DNA of 64,000 bases from Psammoneis japonica (lineage: Eukaryota), in assembly GCA_008632985.1 (NCBI GenBank), contig QPGO01000288.1, forward strand, positions 1 to 64,000, given 5' to 3'. Position numbers and translations under genes: made by a program. Below are positions 13,315-25,915 of this stretch, in pieces. The notes beneath the pieces were generated by a model. It searched no databases, had not been told where the DNA came from, and saw only the letters and a list, made by a program, of their open reading frames with translations. Position 1 is the first letter of the stretch. Each line of letters begins with the position of its first letter.

Positions 13315-13982
13315 ATGACGGTCGTTCATGCGCTTCCCGATTTACCTCTTGTCTGCTTGAAAACGGCAGACTTTACCAAGACGACAGCCACTGCGTTTCA
13401 AGGCAAAAATACCGTGATTGGTATGTCCTTATACGAGAGAGATTGAGTCATGTTGTTGTTTTGATGCATCACGACGCATCTATGCTACTCGCTCACATGA
13501 CTATTCGTTCTTTTTGCTCGTTTTCTAATAATACAGATTTCTGGACCACCAAATGCACAAAATGTCCCGCCGCACTGGATAAGCTCCATGAAATGGCCCT
13601 AGTCCACATGGACGTTCATTTTGTTTCCATTTGTTGTGATTCACTCGACGGAGCTCGTGAAATTCTGGAATCTCCGAAAGACGAACCCAAATGGAATGCA
13701 CTGTCACACTTTTTCATGGACCATGCATCCAAAGAACAAGCCAAACAATACTTTGGTTTCAAGTCGGTACCCTTTTACGTTGTCGTCCATGCCGATGGGA
13801 ACATTGTACAGCACGGCAACAAGGTGGATTGGAACGATATTCCTGGTGTAGAAGATGCAAAAGAGAATCAAACCGCAACAACCAAGACAAAGCAACAACA
13901 ACAAGTAGTCGTTGAAGATCCGCAGCAACAACAAGAACCCGTCATTGCAGAACGGGTCTTTACCATGGATGAGGATTTCTAG
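13315..13982 (+). CDS. Thioredoxin-fold (TlpA/redoxin-like) protein
   Basis: Exon 13315-13420, intron 13421-13536, exon 13537-13982 gives GKNTVIDFWTTKCTKCPAALDKL (CxxC) and the cis-Pro loop FGFKSVPFYVVV. Confidence 0.82.
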
Positions 13983-14200
13983 AGAGAGAGGCGGTAGTAA
14001 GAACTCTATTATGTATTGAAAGGCGGCTAGTAGTTATTTCAACCTCGTTACAACCGGTAGTAGTACTATATTCCAGCACAAACATTGCCATCAAAAGTAG
14101 CGTTGGTTTCTTGTATCCATGCTGTACGGAGTAGCTGTATCATTGCAGTCGCTACGTGCATCAGCAAGATAACCTTGTACATACTGGTAGGTATATTCAA

Positions 14201-15454
14201 TCACACCATTCTCGTGTATTGCTGCGGATTTTCATGAACGTCCGAATTGTCTTGTGGCTTTTCTACAGCATGACTCTTGTTGTTGTCAGGCACAACAACA
14301 TCCACTTGACTCTCCAATATAGCTGGCGGTGCCGTTTTGTTTTGCAGGTATTGTCGCAGTGGCGTATCCACACGCTTATACCACAGATACGAAAACCCAT
14401 ACAAAACAAAAAAGGCCGGTACAAAGTAAAAGGGTCGCAGATAAAGGTATCCACGTTTCCAATATCCATCTTGTAGACGCATGGCAATGGCAAAGAGTGG
14501 CCATCTCCAAAGATAGACTTGAAAGGCAAAATCACCCAATCGCCGACAGGCGGGAAGTGCAAAGAACCGAGCCGTATAACACATGTCCACGTCACAACTT
14601 GATCCAAACACCAACAATCCAAATAGTGGCATGGTGGCATAGACCAAGAGACAATCGTAGGCTGTCAGTCGTGATGAATAGGGAACGGCCAATATCAATA
14701 AAAACACAACGGGAAAGACGCCATCGGCCAACCGTGCTGCCAATTTGGGACGAATGCCTCGTACAAAGAGTTCCGCCAAGAGCGCACCCAGCACAAATTC
14801 AGCCAGACGGAGTGGTGGGAAGGTGTAGAAAAAGAGCCATTGTTGCGACGTATCCAACGAACCATTCTTGAATAACAGTGTGATGGAAATGGGAAGTACG
14901 GCAATCAGTGGTGTTGCCAAACAATACCACTTGATGTGCGAATCTCGTACTTTGAGCAATTGTATTTGTAAAAAAGGAAATGCCAACCAATGTGCCGCCA
15001 TGGTGGATAACGTCCATCCCGGTGTGTTTCCAAAGTACGCAAAGGGCGTAATCCAACATTGCAACAGCGTCGTCACGAGCGGAACTCCAATCAGCCATTG
15101 TCTCCACGAAGTATAGTGTTGTCCCAAAGCTCGAATCACGAGTGCCACCACGGTGGAAGCATAATAACACGCCAAAATGGAACCAAATCGTGATTTAAAG
15201 TAATTGCGTGTCGTTTTTTGATTGCCAAAATCCCGTGATCCATAGGCGTATTGCGAACAATAACCACTCAACACAAAGAAAAACGTCACGGCCACATAAC
15301 GTCGCATACAAAAACGTTGATAGACCGTTCCTTCTTCGTCTAATTGTGCATTATAATTGTGAGCAAAGACCAACCAAAAGGCTACAATAAAACGAAAACC
15401 GTCCAGTGCGGGTAAGCGGGGTTTTGTAGTGTGTTGTTGTACTTGCGGCGTCAT
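14201..15454 (-). CDS. Acyltransferase family 3 (OafA/YrhL-like) multi-pass membrane protein
   Basis: RLPALDGFRFIVAFWLVFAH, AVTFFFVLSGY, WTLS, RLAEFVLG, LGDFAFQVYLWRWP; about 10 hydrophobic segments; intronless. Confidence 0.9.
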   Translation of the reverse strand: MTPQVQQHTTKPRLPALDGFRFIVAFWLVFAHNYNAQLDEEGTVYQRFCMRRYVAVTFFFVLSGYCSQYAYGSRDFGNQKTTRNYFKSRFGSILACYYASTVVALVIRALGQHYTSWRQWLIGVPLVTTLLQCWITPFAYFGNTPGWTLSTMAAHWLAFPFLQIQLLKVRDSHIKWYCLATPLIAVLPISITLLFKNGSLDTSQQWLFFYTFPPLRLAEFVLGALLAELFVRGIRPKLAARLADGVFPVVFLLILAVPYSSRLTAYDCLLVYATMPLFGLLVFGSSCDVDMCYTARFFALPACRRLGDFAFQVYLWRWPLFAIAMRLQDGYWKRGYLYLRPFYFVPAFFVLYGFSYLWYKRVDTPLRQYLQNKTAPPAILESQVDVVVPDNNKSHAVEKPQDNSDVHENPQQYTRMV

Positions 15455-15777
15455 GGTTGATTTTCTGGGAGTGTCGCATATGGTGGATTGGCGAGAGATG
15501 AATGAGGCAATTGCCCTTTATGAATTATTCGGGACAGAGGACTGATGATAAAATTTCGATACAAGTTACTGTATGCATGGATACATTGATAATTCGAAAC
15601 CGTTGGAAACTTCCGCCAGCGCCGCTTGAAGCTCGCTCGCTCACTTTTCGCGTTGGCTTGCTGGTGTGTGTGCTCGCCAACCATGGCGGCCACATTGGGG
15701 CCTTGATTGCACCAACGGGTAAAGCGTTTTTACCGATTGGCAGATCAATACAGCCATAACTTTACAATAACAACATC

Positions 15778-16974
15778 ATGCCTTGGACATGCCGAGAAAT
15801 GGCCTTGGCCGCAACCACCGCAATCGTTCTTGTCGCAACTCCCTTTCTGCTCCCCAAGACGAATATCAACACACCCATTTCGGTCGCCATGATTGGTAAC
15901 AGCATGATTTATTATAATGACTTGCCTCGTTTGTTGGAAGCCATTTCCAATGGCAAGATTACTCAAAATTCGTGTCTGCACGGAGACGCCACACTGACGT
16001 CTCTGCTGTTCACGGGCAACGGAATGGCTTACAAATTCAACACGAACCATTCCAAAGTGGCAACGTGGAAGGCTTCCAAATACAACAAGACTATATATGA
16101 TTATGGAGCGTGTACCGTAAAGCAATTACTGTTTGGAACCGACGAGGAGCTTGAGGAATTTGTCAACAATGGATACAATGATGATGATGATGATGCATAC
16201 GACGATGACTCCATCATTACATATGTGGACGACGGATCCAATCCATGCATGCAAGATCCCACGTACAATACCTATCTCCAAGAACAGTATTCCAAAAAAC
16301 ACAACAAACCACCCCAGTGGGACTTTGTCTTGTTGAATGACAACACCCGCGCTCCACCACGGTTCTCTTCACGCATGGAAACACTCGGCACGTTGCAAAA
16401 TGTCTATGTCGAGTGGTTATCCACCATGAAGAATTCCATTCCCGTCTTTTTGCACCCACACGCGTATTGGAGTGAAAACCGCGACATGGGTGGGCTGGAG
16501 AGTGTACCGGAATTTACGGCACTTTCCTATGCGGGATACAAGCAATATGCCGATTTGCTCGAGTATCAACTCCAACGAGAGGTTCGTATTGCACCCGTTG
16601 GAATTGCCTTTTTATTGATTTGGGAACAAGATCGAGACATGTGGAACAAGTTGATTCATTCCGATGACGTCCACGCGACACCACTTGGGACATTGTTGGA
16701 GTCCATGGTGATTTACTATACACTCTATGGTCATTTGCCACCCAAACAATACGTGCTTCCACTGGAAGGTGGTATCGAGTCCTTGTGGGATCGTGCACGC
16801 GTCATGCAACAAGCCGATCATCCCGCCAATCCCATGCCAACACGAGAACAAGCCATTTATGTTTACAATATTGCCGAACGCGTCATGAAACACGGAGAGC
16901 GACCCGCGTGTTTTGTGGACTACCAAAATGGTGAAGCGGCCTATTATGATGAAGAATTGGGATATTACTTGTAA
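15778..16974 (+). CDS. SGNH/GDSL-hydrolase-like protein with N-terminal signal/anchor
   Basis: Hydrophobic N-terminus, block I IGNSMIYYNDLP, WDFVLLND, IAPVGIAF, and a DxxH motif (SDDVHATPLG). Confidence 0.7.
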   Translation: MPWTCREMALAATTAIVLVATPFLLPKTNINTPISVAMIGNSMIYYNDLPRLLEAISNGKITQNSCLHGDATLTSLLFTGNGMAYKFNTNHSKVATWKASKYNKTIYDYGACTVKQLLFGTDEELEEFVNNGYNDDDDDAYDDDSIITYVDDGSNPCMQDPTYNTYLQEQYSKKHNKPPQWDFVLLNDNTRAPPRFSSRMETLGTLQNVYVEWLSTMKNSIPVFLHPHAYWSENRDMGGLESVPEFTALSYAGYKQYADLLEYQLQREVRIAPVGIAFLLIWEQDRDMWNKLIHSDDVHATPLGTLLESMVIYYTLYGHLPPKQYVLPLEGGIESLWDRARVMQQADHPANPMPTREQAIYVYNIAERVMKHGERPACFVDYQNGEAAYYDEELGYYL

Positions 16975-17191
16975 AATAATCATAGTCGAGCATAAAATAT
17001 GAGTTATTTTAGTTTTAAAAGAGGGCCCTACGGCTTCTACTGACTGTAGGGCCCTACTCGTTCCACGCACGGCTGCGATAATGGCGCGGCAAGCTGCCAG
17101 CACTTGAGCAGACGGGCAGACCTGCCAACGAACAAAACGAACAACAACAGCAAACTACACGTTGGTTGTTGCTTATATTTGCTGCGAGAGA

Positions 17192-18695
17192 ATGAACAAT
17201 CGTGAGAAGGACACTGTTGAGGAGAGCATGCAGCCGGGTATTCTTCCCGTGCTGGACGATGGATGTCTTGGAAAAATCGCATCCTTCATGGACGTTGCCG
17301 AAAGCGCCTTGGTTTCGAAGCAGTTTCTGGCGGTTTCTGGAACAGCGGCAAAGTCTTTGTTGTCGTCAGTGATTGCAAATCATGCTGTGGATGACGACTT
17401 TAGGGCTCGATTGGTGACCAAGGTCTCAAGTGGCTTAGAACGCCCCGACGAGACGATGATTCACCCTCGTCTCTTGTCTCTGTGCATGGACAGAATTCCG
17501 TTGAAACAGCGCTCGACTAGACTCAGCGGACCGAGCGCCGTGCTTCCAAATGGGAATATCGTGATTGTCTGTTCTGAACCGGACAATATGATTCGGATTC
17601 TTGACACACAAACAATGACAATTGTCGGGGTAGCAGAACTGGGCTTTGTCCCAGTCATTTCTGGCCCGCCCATCAACCACATGATGGGCCCCATAAGTTT
17701 TATTACGGACGATCTCCTCTATTCCAATGGCTACATGGTGCTGCACCGTCGTGCCTTCATGGCAGACACAGAATTTATCCATGTATGGAAATTGGAGGGA
17801 CTAACAGACTTGCAGTTCCTGTACACCAAAGCATTGAGTGCCTCTGATGACGACGCCGCAATTCAAAATGTAGCCGTTGCTGCTGGGGACTCAACAATGT
17901 ATCTATTGTGGCGATCAAAGCAAGGCAACCGAGAAGTCTCCTACACGATCAAGTCCCTTGCGATTGCAACGGGTGAAACACGCAACAGCAAGACGATTCG
18001 CATGCCCGAGCCTGATGATGCGAATGCGAGTATGCCGCGTCGCACGACTGTACACCTTATCGTGACTGGAAGCCACTCTTGATGATTCGCCATCTTGAAG
18101 AAGAAGGTCCTTTTCCCAGCATTGGGCTGGGCATCTACACCTTCTGCCGCTTCACATTGTCACAGATTGACTTCTCTCCGTGCTTTGAAGACGGAGAAAT
18201 ACACGTCAACCATGACAGGAGCAGACGCGCCAGCCACTGCATCCTCTACGATGAATGCTCTGCTTTTTGTAAGAAGATCTCTTTCAACGGTGCCACTGGC
18301 AGGGTCTCTTTAGAGGATGGCTTTATGTGTCCTTCCAGGGTGTTGTTGTCCACACCAAAAAGTGTGTTTGCCAGTGAAGACCATGGGGATTCTTGGTGCT
18401 TGTTGAATATGACCTGGAGAGTGGTAAAAAACTGCGGACCCTAGAGACGGGTGTGCCAGACGTGATCATGAAGTGTCATGCATTCTGAGCAATCATGAAC
18501 GTGGAGAACTCTTCGTTGCAATTTCGGGAGGTCTTGGAGACCGTCACTTTGTTCAGACCTTCCTGCTTTCGTCTGTGCATTAGCCGAGGTCTTTGGAATC
18601 AGGATGGCAAAGGGGACTCCTGTGTGCGGTACAGGGCAGGACGACGGCACCATTCGGCTACTTCGAATGTGCTACACGATGATGCCAGCGCCTGA
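17192..18695 (+). pseudogene. F-box-like/beta-strand-rich hypothetical gene broken by frameshifts (pseudogene or assembly errors)
   Basis: LPVLDDGCLGKIASFMDVAESALVSKQF is F-box-like. Coding continues through successive frames (17192-18082, 18079-18444, then to about 18695). Confidence 0.45.
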
Positions 18696-19199
18696 ACAGC
18701 CAGTGTGGGAATTGATTATATTATGTTGTTGATGTGGCATTGTGTTTCACGATGATTGCGAGGAAAGTTTGTAGCTTCATCCATCGATTTCGTTGAAACT
18801 GGTTCAAGAAAGAATGCTGTTTTTGAGTGACAGATGCTGCTGCTGCTGATGCTGCTGATGCTGCTGCTGTCAGTTGTGGTATCAGCATTGTTGGCTTTTG
18901 CTCTAGAGTGTCCTGTATTCTATAATAGTAGTAGGAGTGGTGCAAACTGCTGTTAGTTTTTATCCAATGTAGCCGCATTGGGCGAAAGCAGCCGCCGAAG
19001 TGATCATGGGTGAACGAATTCATGATTGACGCAGCGGCAAGCGTCCTTCACCGGACGTGGGCCTTCAAGGCAGCTCAATAGGGTTCAACTAGTGGGAACG
19101 AGTTGGCAGAAACAGCAACAAATCTCCAAATTCGTCGAAAAGCCAGCCATCGAGTGACTCAGATTTGCAGCAGAGACGAATTGATGCATTGTCAAGCAA

Positions 19200-21450
19200 A
19201 AAAACATCCCGATGTCGAAGACATCCTCCAGCAACAGCCCACATGATATAGGAGGAAAATGCATCTTCAAATCTGCTTTGTTGGTGCTGTCGTGGAGGCA
19301 GCAGTGGAATGCAAGCACCTCCTCATTGACTCCACATGCAATCCGATCATTGCACATGCATTTTGGAATTCCGGATCAACAACAATCTCTTCAACCAGAT
19401 CAGCAACAGGACAGCAAGTGTTTGCAAAGCCAGGGGAAAATGTGGCCAGTTCCATGAGTTTGCACTCTGATGGATGGCAGTTGGGAGTTTTGGGTCGATG
19501 AAAGACAGCAGCAACCTCCATCTTCTTGGTGATGTCATGTGCTGAAGCACCACCCTTGCAGCATTTGGGGCAGTGACACACATTTTTTGTTGGCTGTGGT
19601 CAGATGAAAAAAGAGTCTCACTGACTTGTTCTTTGAAGCTTTTGCAAAAAGCGCAGCATTTTGAAAAGTTTGGAAAAAGCTTGGGAAGCAAGACATTCAA
19701 TGGAAAATGGTGCACTGCAAAGAAACTCCTGGGCTGCAGTGAGGCACATGGCTGAACACAAAAAGGAAAAAGGTCGAGTGATTGCACTGGATGACATTGA
19801 TGAAAAGACCAACAAACTGGTTTTTGATGTGCTGCACTCAACACATCCCAATTTGAGAGTTCCAGGAGAAGGCCATTTTCACAAGTTTGGTGAACTGCCT
19901 GAGCTCTAGGATGCCATTGTTGCTGACAGCATGATTAAAACAGTTGTTGCAGGTCTTGGCCGATCTGATGCCAGTGTGGTGTCAGAATGGCATCTCTGCA
20001 GTGGAAAGGCCAGCAGAGACAAGCTGAGAGAAATGCTGTGGCCAGCAAATCAGTCACCCCATGGGCTGCACTGATGGCAAAGCAGCTGGTTGCGCTTTGC
20101 AAAAATCCAGGCACATCTGTCTTGGCAAGCACAGGAGAGGTGTGGCAGAAGCACATGGCGAAAGTGCCACTCTCCAGATTGCTGGAGCAGATGCCAAAGA
20201 AGCTTGAGGCGCATGGATCAGCTGTGTGCAGAACTTTTTCTTTTGTTGATGCCCTCAGTGCTGGGTTGAATGAAGAGAACAGGACTCCAATGTCACACAA
20301 TGTCAGATGCCTTTGGTCATCCACCAGTGCAAGGCTCACACCTTCAAATGCCACAAGTGCTGGAGTGTCCCAATCATCTGCAGAAACTTCGGCACTCACA
20401 GGGTGGCTCAGTTGACATGGCAGCTTGTGAACCAGGGCTTCTTTTTGCTGTCCGTCAGAATTTTTTCTGAACTGCTTGCAAAGTTGAGCCAAAAAACAGA
20501 TGTCACAATGCTGGCAGCAGTCATAAAGAGTGTTCCAGTGGTCCCAAACACACAGCCTAAAAAACACCAAAGATCAACTTGGAGACCTTGGATTTGCTGT
20601 TGAGCCAGGCAGCAGCACAGATGCCTGGGCAGACTGATTGGCAAGATGGGGGCAAGCAACCAATGGACCAAGGAAAAATCTGAGGAGTGGACCTTGGGAG
20701 TCACCACCAGTGCAAGCTTGCCAAGATTGCAGCTCATCATCTACAGACCACCCAAACTGGTCTCCAGAAGCCATTTTGGTGTCAGTGGCAACATGCTCAG
20801 CATGTGGCAAAGGACTGTGGCAAGCAGCTTGTGGAAGCAGAGGACAAGGCTGAGTGCCAATTTCTTCCAGCACATGAATTTGCACCAGTTTGTGCCGCTG
20901 GCTGCCCCATCTGTGCAGCACTCTCTGACACCAGACCCATCCTGTGCTGCTGCATGCCTTGTCTGCACCCATGCTGACCCATGCCATGATGCCAGCTGCC
21001 CCATCCCCGCACCATGGCCCGCTGTCCCCTGTGCTGTGCTGCTGGTTGCCCCATCTCTGCTCTTTGGCTGGCCCGCACCATGCCATTGGTTGTCCTGTCT
21101 GCTCTCCGGTGGGCCTGTGCTGTGCTGTGACCAGAAGTTGCCCTTGTTCTCCTTTTGATGCTCTTGCACCTGGTGCCTCACAGAGATCTTTTGTGTTTGA
21201 GCAAGACAAAAGACAAAGAGAGCATCATGCTTTTGTCTCTCAGCTGCTTTGTCATCTCTGACTGCCTTGCTTGTTCCCACACCATGTCTTCCACAAGCTC
21301 TTTTTGATGATGCACAAAAATCTCATCTGGCTGTCCTTTAGAAAAGCCATTGCACCAAAACCAAACACCATCATGGTGCACCACAAAATCTCATTTTTGC
21401 TCCCTCTCTGCACACCCAAAGTTCAAGCAGTGGTGACCTGTTGCACACCA
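19200..21450 (+). mobile_element. Degenerate CRE-like (RLE-type) non-LTR retrotransposon, RT region
   Basis: Residual motifs VLHSTHPNLRVP, VTPWAALMAKQLVALCKNPG..GEVWQKHMAK and FVDALSAGLNEENRTPMSHNVRCLWSSTSARL/TFKCHKCW. These resemble CRE-clade RT segments (PPWAAYRALMANRLVALDKCPG.RP.GIGE.WRR; VDARNAFNEENRTAMLW.VRH.WPSGARF.FNCYRHW) as recalled, not searched. Confidence 0.7.
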
Positions 21451-22308
21451 TGAGTTGTTCTCAAAGAGCACTTGAAACTTGTTGGCAAAATGAAGAGTTT
21501 CATTTCCCCTCCAGGCATCACAGTTGTCACATTGCCAAGCCCATGCATCCACAGCCCCTGCTCATGACACAGGAGCACAGTCTGGGTCAAGAACAGCATC
21601 TTTTGATGTGCAGTGCATGAAGCCGCCATCCCAAGAAATGAGCATCTGCTTGCAAGACACTTTGAATGTGCAAAGCCACCTTGAGCACCCAGTTCCATGA
21701 AGGTGTGGCAAGACTTCAGCTGACAAAAATCACACCTCAGGAGCCAAACACCCAACTCATCTCCATTGCCTGTTGCAGAGCAGTGCAAGAACAAACAAGT
21801 TGGGTTGTTGGGTGATGCATGTGCACAATGGCACAAAGCATGATGCCTTCAGTGCTTGCCAGGTGGCAGGTCCAATTTCTTCAAAGAGAAGGCAATGGCT
21901 GGAGCGGGTTGTCTCATCTCTTTGGCCAGCACACACACCTGTCTCATGCAGTGGGCTCCCAACTCTGACATGTGTCTGAGCATCAGGGCAGGTTTGTGGC
22001 ATGAGGCATGCAATGATTTGTGCATGAGCTGGTTGCCCAAGGTCCATGCAAGGGAACCATGGTGTTGGCAGCAAAGTCAGCCTGAGCACTGTCTTCTTGT
22101 CACTGTCATGAAGTTGAGCAGCAAAATGAGCTTTTGGCACCTTTTTTTTCACAGAATGGTTGTAAAAGAATCCCCCATGCAAAACCAAAGATTTGCATTT
22201 TAGGCTGCTTTTCTCATCCAAAGTCATTCTTTCACATCAGAAAGAACACAGTGTTGCAAACATGCACTGTAGATTCTGCATGTGTGATTTTGTGCACCAC
22301 AATGCAAA

Positions 22309-23694
22309 GAGTCTCAAGCTCACAATTTTCTGGGGCAGAGCCATCAAACAATCAAATGGATGGATGCGTTTCAATGACCATGTCTCCACATCAGAGCCTG
22401 TCATCTGAACAAACCCAAAGTGTGCTTGCCCCACACTTTCACATGTGAGGAATTCATTTTGCTCATTCTCCTTGCCAAAAATTGTGATGAGAGAGAAATG
22501 GCACAGACGTGGTGCAAATTCTACAAAAGCAGAATTTGCCCCAAGTCTGCACTGAATGACTGAACACAAGTTTTTGGAAAAAACAAAGGGCAGGACCAAA
22601 TTCCTTGCACAAAAAGGGGGCAAAGCACTGGCACCGTTTGTTTGGCACCATGTGGGAACAATGCTCAAACCTGTGTGAGTGTGCAGTTACAACAGACATG
22701 AGCAAATGCCATGACAAGCAATGTTTGAGACAGTCATGACTGAGAGTTTTACTCTTGGCTTTTGCCACTGAAAGTTTGAGCAACTTGCTCAAACTTGCAT
22801 CCCCGTTTGCTCAAATTTGCGCAAGTTTGAGCAATTGCTCAATTGCAAGATTGCCCAAACTTGCACAAGCTTGAGCAAAATTGCTCAGGTGTGCAAAACC
22901 ATCTGCACCAGTGTCACTTTCATCCATGCAAATGTGATGGCAAGGCAAATCTTTTTGATGGGCAGTTGAAATTGGCTTCAAAAAACCGTTGCAAGGAGCT
23001 CTGATGTGCCTTGTGTCAGTGCTTTTGTTGTTGTGAAAAGAAAGCAATGCAGTTGAGCTCATTGTGTGAACACACTGCAGTGCGCCAGCTCTGATGGTGA
23101 TGCATGTCAACATTTGTTGATGTGCAGAGAAAAATGCCACCATTCAACAGCAGATGACAACCAGTGTGAAACAGAGCATGTTGTCCCTGTGATTTCAAAA
23201 AAAAAACCAGTGTCTCACTGCCATCAAGTCTTTTGTCTGCAACAAGAACATGGAGAATGAACCAAAACAACAGCAGCAGTGCAAGCAGAAGTGCAAGCAG
23301 CAGCCAGTGTGTCACTTGTGTTTGATGGTTGCATCATGGTTTTACAAAATCTGCCCAACCTTGGGCAAGTTTGAGCAGCCACTCAAATGTGTCATGTTTG
23401 AGCAGCAAGTTTGAGTGCAGGCTCAACCATTGAGTCCTGTTTGCTCAAAGTTGACAACTTTGAGCAATGGGTCACGTTTCTGCCAAGTGTGGTTCAATTC
23501 TTTGACACCAATTGCAGTTGGCAGCAGTTTCTCAAGCATTTCTGAGCTTTCAGCATGTGCAGCATGTGCACAGTTTGAGAAGAATGCTCACATGGTGCAG
23601 ATGATGGGGTCTGATGTGGAGATGTGATCATTAGAACACATCCATCTGTTCAATCATTTTGCAATTCTGCCCCAGAAAATTGAGTGTGAGACTC
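22309..23694. mobile_element. ~1.4-kb non-autonomous DNA transposon-like element with ~97-bp terminal inverted repeats
   Basis: 22309-22407 (gagtctc..caattttctggggcaga..gatggatg..tctccacatcaga..tcatctg) is the diverged reverse complement of 23598-23694. Internal aagtttgagcaa/ttgctcaaactt palindromic units lie at about 22770-22890 and 23360-23470. Confidence 0.7.
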
Positions 23695-25084
23695 CTTCTT
23701 GTCAACTCATGACCTGGCCCAACAAAAGGCACCACAATCTCCAAGATCAAAGCTCTCCTCTCAATGCTGTCAAAGATTGCACATCACTTTGACAAGGCAT
23801 GCAATTCATGCATGACATTGATTTGTGTTCATTGTGATGGACGCAGCTTTTGGACTTGACAGTTGTTGATGTTTTGTTCTTTTTTCCTGTCATGTTGGTG
23901 GCACTCACCAGCTGCTGGTCAGAGACCCATCATGCATTGTGTGCTTCCTGTTTTCCAAGCATGCAATTTATTTTGCTTGTTCAGAGTTGGAGTGCTTGTC
24001 ATTCATGTTAAAACTGCCACCTGTTTTCTTGTTTTTTGAAGGAAAAAGTTGTTTCTGTTGAATGTGAGGTCAAGAAATTGTGGGTCACCCACAAAACATC
24101 TGTCATTTTGAATCTCCACACATCATCAGCATCTGTGTTTTCTGTTGATTGACACAAGAGCATTTTTTCAATGCTGGCATCACATTCTCTTGTGCACCTG
24201 ACACAAACAACCTGCTGCACTTCTTGTTGTGGGGATTGCAAGCACCTTGTCACATGCACCATGCATCTTTTTTGTGCCCACTGTGTGTGTTCCACAGTTT
24301 TGTGTTTTTTTGCTCAACAAGAAGAAAAACATGCACACTCAAGAATGACAAAGCTGCAGCAAAAGCACATCACAGGCACTGCCAACTGGATTTTTGTTTC
24401 TGTGATCTTGCAACACTGTCAAGCATTTCACGCTCAACCAAGATGTCCACACACAACAGCAGCTCTGCAAACACAGCTTAGAGCCAGCAGATGAAGAGGG
24501 ATCCTTTTCTTTGTGAGGTGCAACCACAAGACAGCAAAATGAGTTCTCACATGCCTTGCCACCAACTGCAAAAGACAAAGGATTTGCACAAACACTCCAA
24601 ATGAAAACACAGAGCCAGCAACCAGCAAAAAAGCACGATGAGTTCTCAAGCCAACAAACAGCCAAGAAAAACATTGCAGTCTCTTGTTGAAAACCCTTTC
24701 TTGTCATTGTGAAAATTGCTTTGCTGCCTTGAATTGTGCCCCCAAGAGTCCTGTTTTAACAATGCTTGTGATTGGCAGCTGTTTTGTCATTCTTGGAATG
24801 TCTTGCACCTTCTCCAGGACACATCAAGGGGGCGCTGGATGAGCCCATCATTTTGTTGCTGCCTCTTGTTTTGCAATTTGGAGCTGGGAAATGTTGCAGG
24901 GTAGAAACTTGTCATTTTGTCCAGCAGTGCCAGCCAGAGCACCCATGAGCAAAGAGTGGTTGTGAAGGAGTCAAACACACATGTTTTAGTTTGGAGACAA
25001 GGGCTGCTGGCTCAAGAAGCTGGCCCTTGATCCACCTGTGAAGGGTGGGATCTTGGGCAGGCTCATTGAGAAAAGCCCCAGTGG

Positions 25085-25915
25085 CGACTTTGGTTGCACA
25101 GCTTTGTGGCAGGAGCTTTGGCAACTTGTTTGACAGCTTTCACAGCTGCACTTTGACTCTTTTGTGGGTGTGCCATTTGGCAGCTTTGGCAACTTTGACA
25201 ACTTTTGGCACTTTTTCCAGCTTCTTTGGCAGCTTTGTGGCAACTTTGACAACTTTTGGCAGCTTCTTTGGCAGCTTTGGTGGCTTTGGCAACTTTGATG
25301 AGTTTTGTGAGTTTGGCAACTTTAAGAACTTTGATGACTTTGACAACTTTGGCATTTTGGCAGGAGGATTTTGGCAATGTTTTGACAGCTTTCACAACTT
25401 TTGCAGCTTTGGCAGCTTTGACAATTTCATCAACTTTGGCAGCTTTGACCCTGCTTTGTCAACTTTGACAACTTTGGCAACTTCCACAACTTTGTCACTT
25501 TGCAGCAATCTGGCAACTTTGGCTTGACTTTGTCATCTTTGGCATCTTTGTCAACTCAAGTCACTTTGGCAACTTTGTCAACTCAAGTCACTTTGGCAAC
25601 TTTGTCAACTCAAGTCACTTTGGCAACTTTGTCACTTTTGTCAGCTTTGGCAAGTCTCTGGTGACTTCATCAACTTTGGCAACTTCAGCTGGCAACTTTG
25701 TCAGCTTTGGTGAGTTTGTCAACTTTGTCACCTTTGGCAACTTTGTCATCTTTGGTGACTTTGTCAACTTTGGCGGCTTTGTCATTTTTGTCAACTTTGT
25801 CAGCTTTGGAAAGTCTCTGGTGACTTCATCAACTTTGGAAACTTTGGCTGGCAACTTTTGTCAGCTTTGGCGACATTGTCAACTTTGGCGACTTTGTCAA
25901 GTTTGGCAACTTTGC
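25085..25915. repeat. Degenerate 9-bp-period minisatellite (ggcaacttt/gtcaacttt/ggcagcttt) with higher-order units
   Basis: Continuous 9-mer periodicity. The 27-bp unit (ctttgtcaactcaagtcactttggcaa) occurs three times at about 25546-25626, and a ~70-bp block containing aagtctctggtgacttcatcaactttgg is repeated at about 25640 and 25800. Confidence 0.85.

Noticed and set aside
18835..18870. (GCT/GAT)n trinucleotide run and ORF 18721-19023
   Set aside because: Short microsatellite; the ORF has no recognisable coding features.
25063..25854. Lys-rich KLPK/KLTK ORFs as silaffin-like or histone H1-like proteins
   Set aside because: They are translations of the 9-bp satellite, with frame breaks and no signal peptide.
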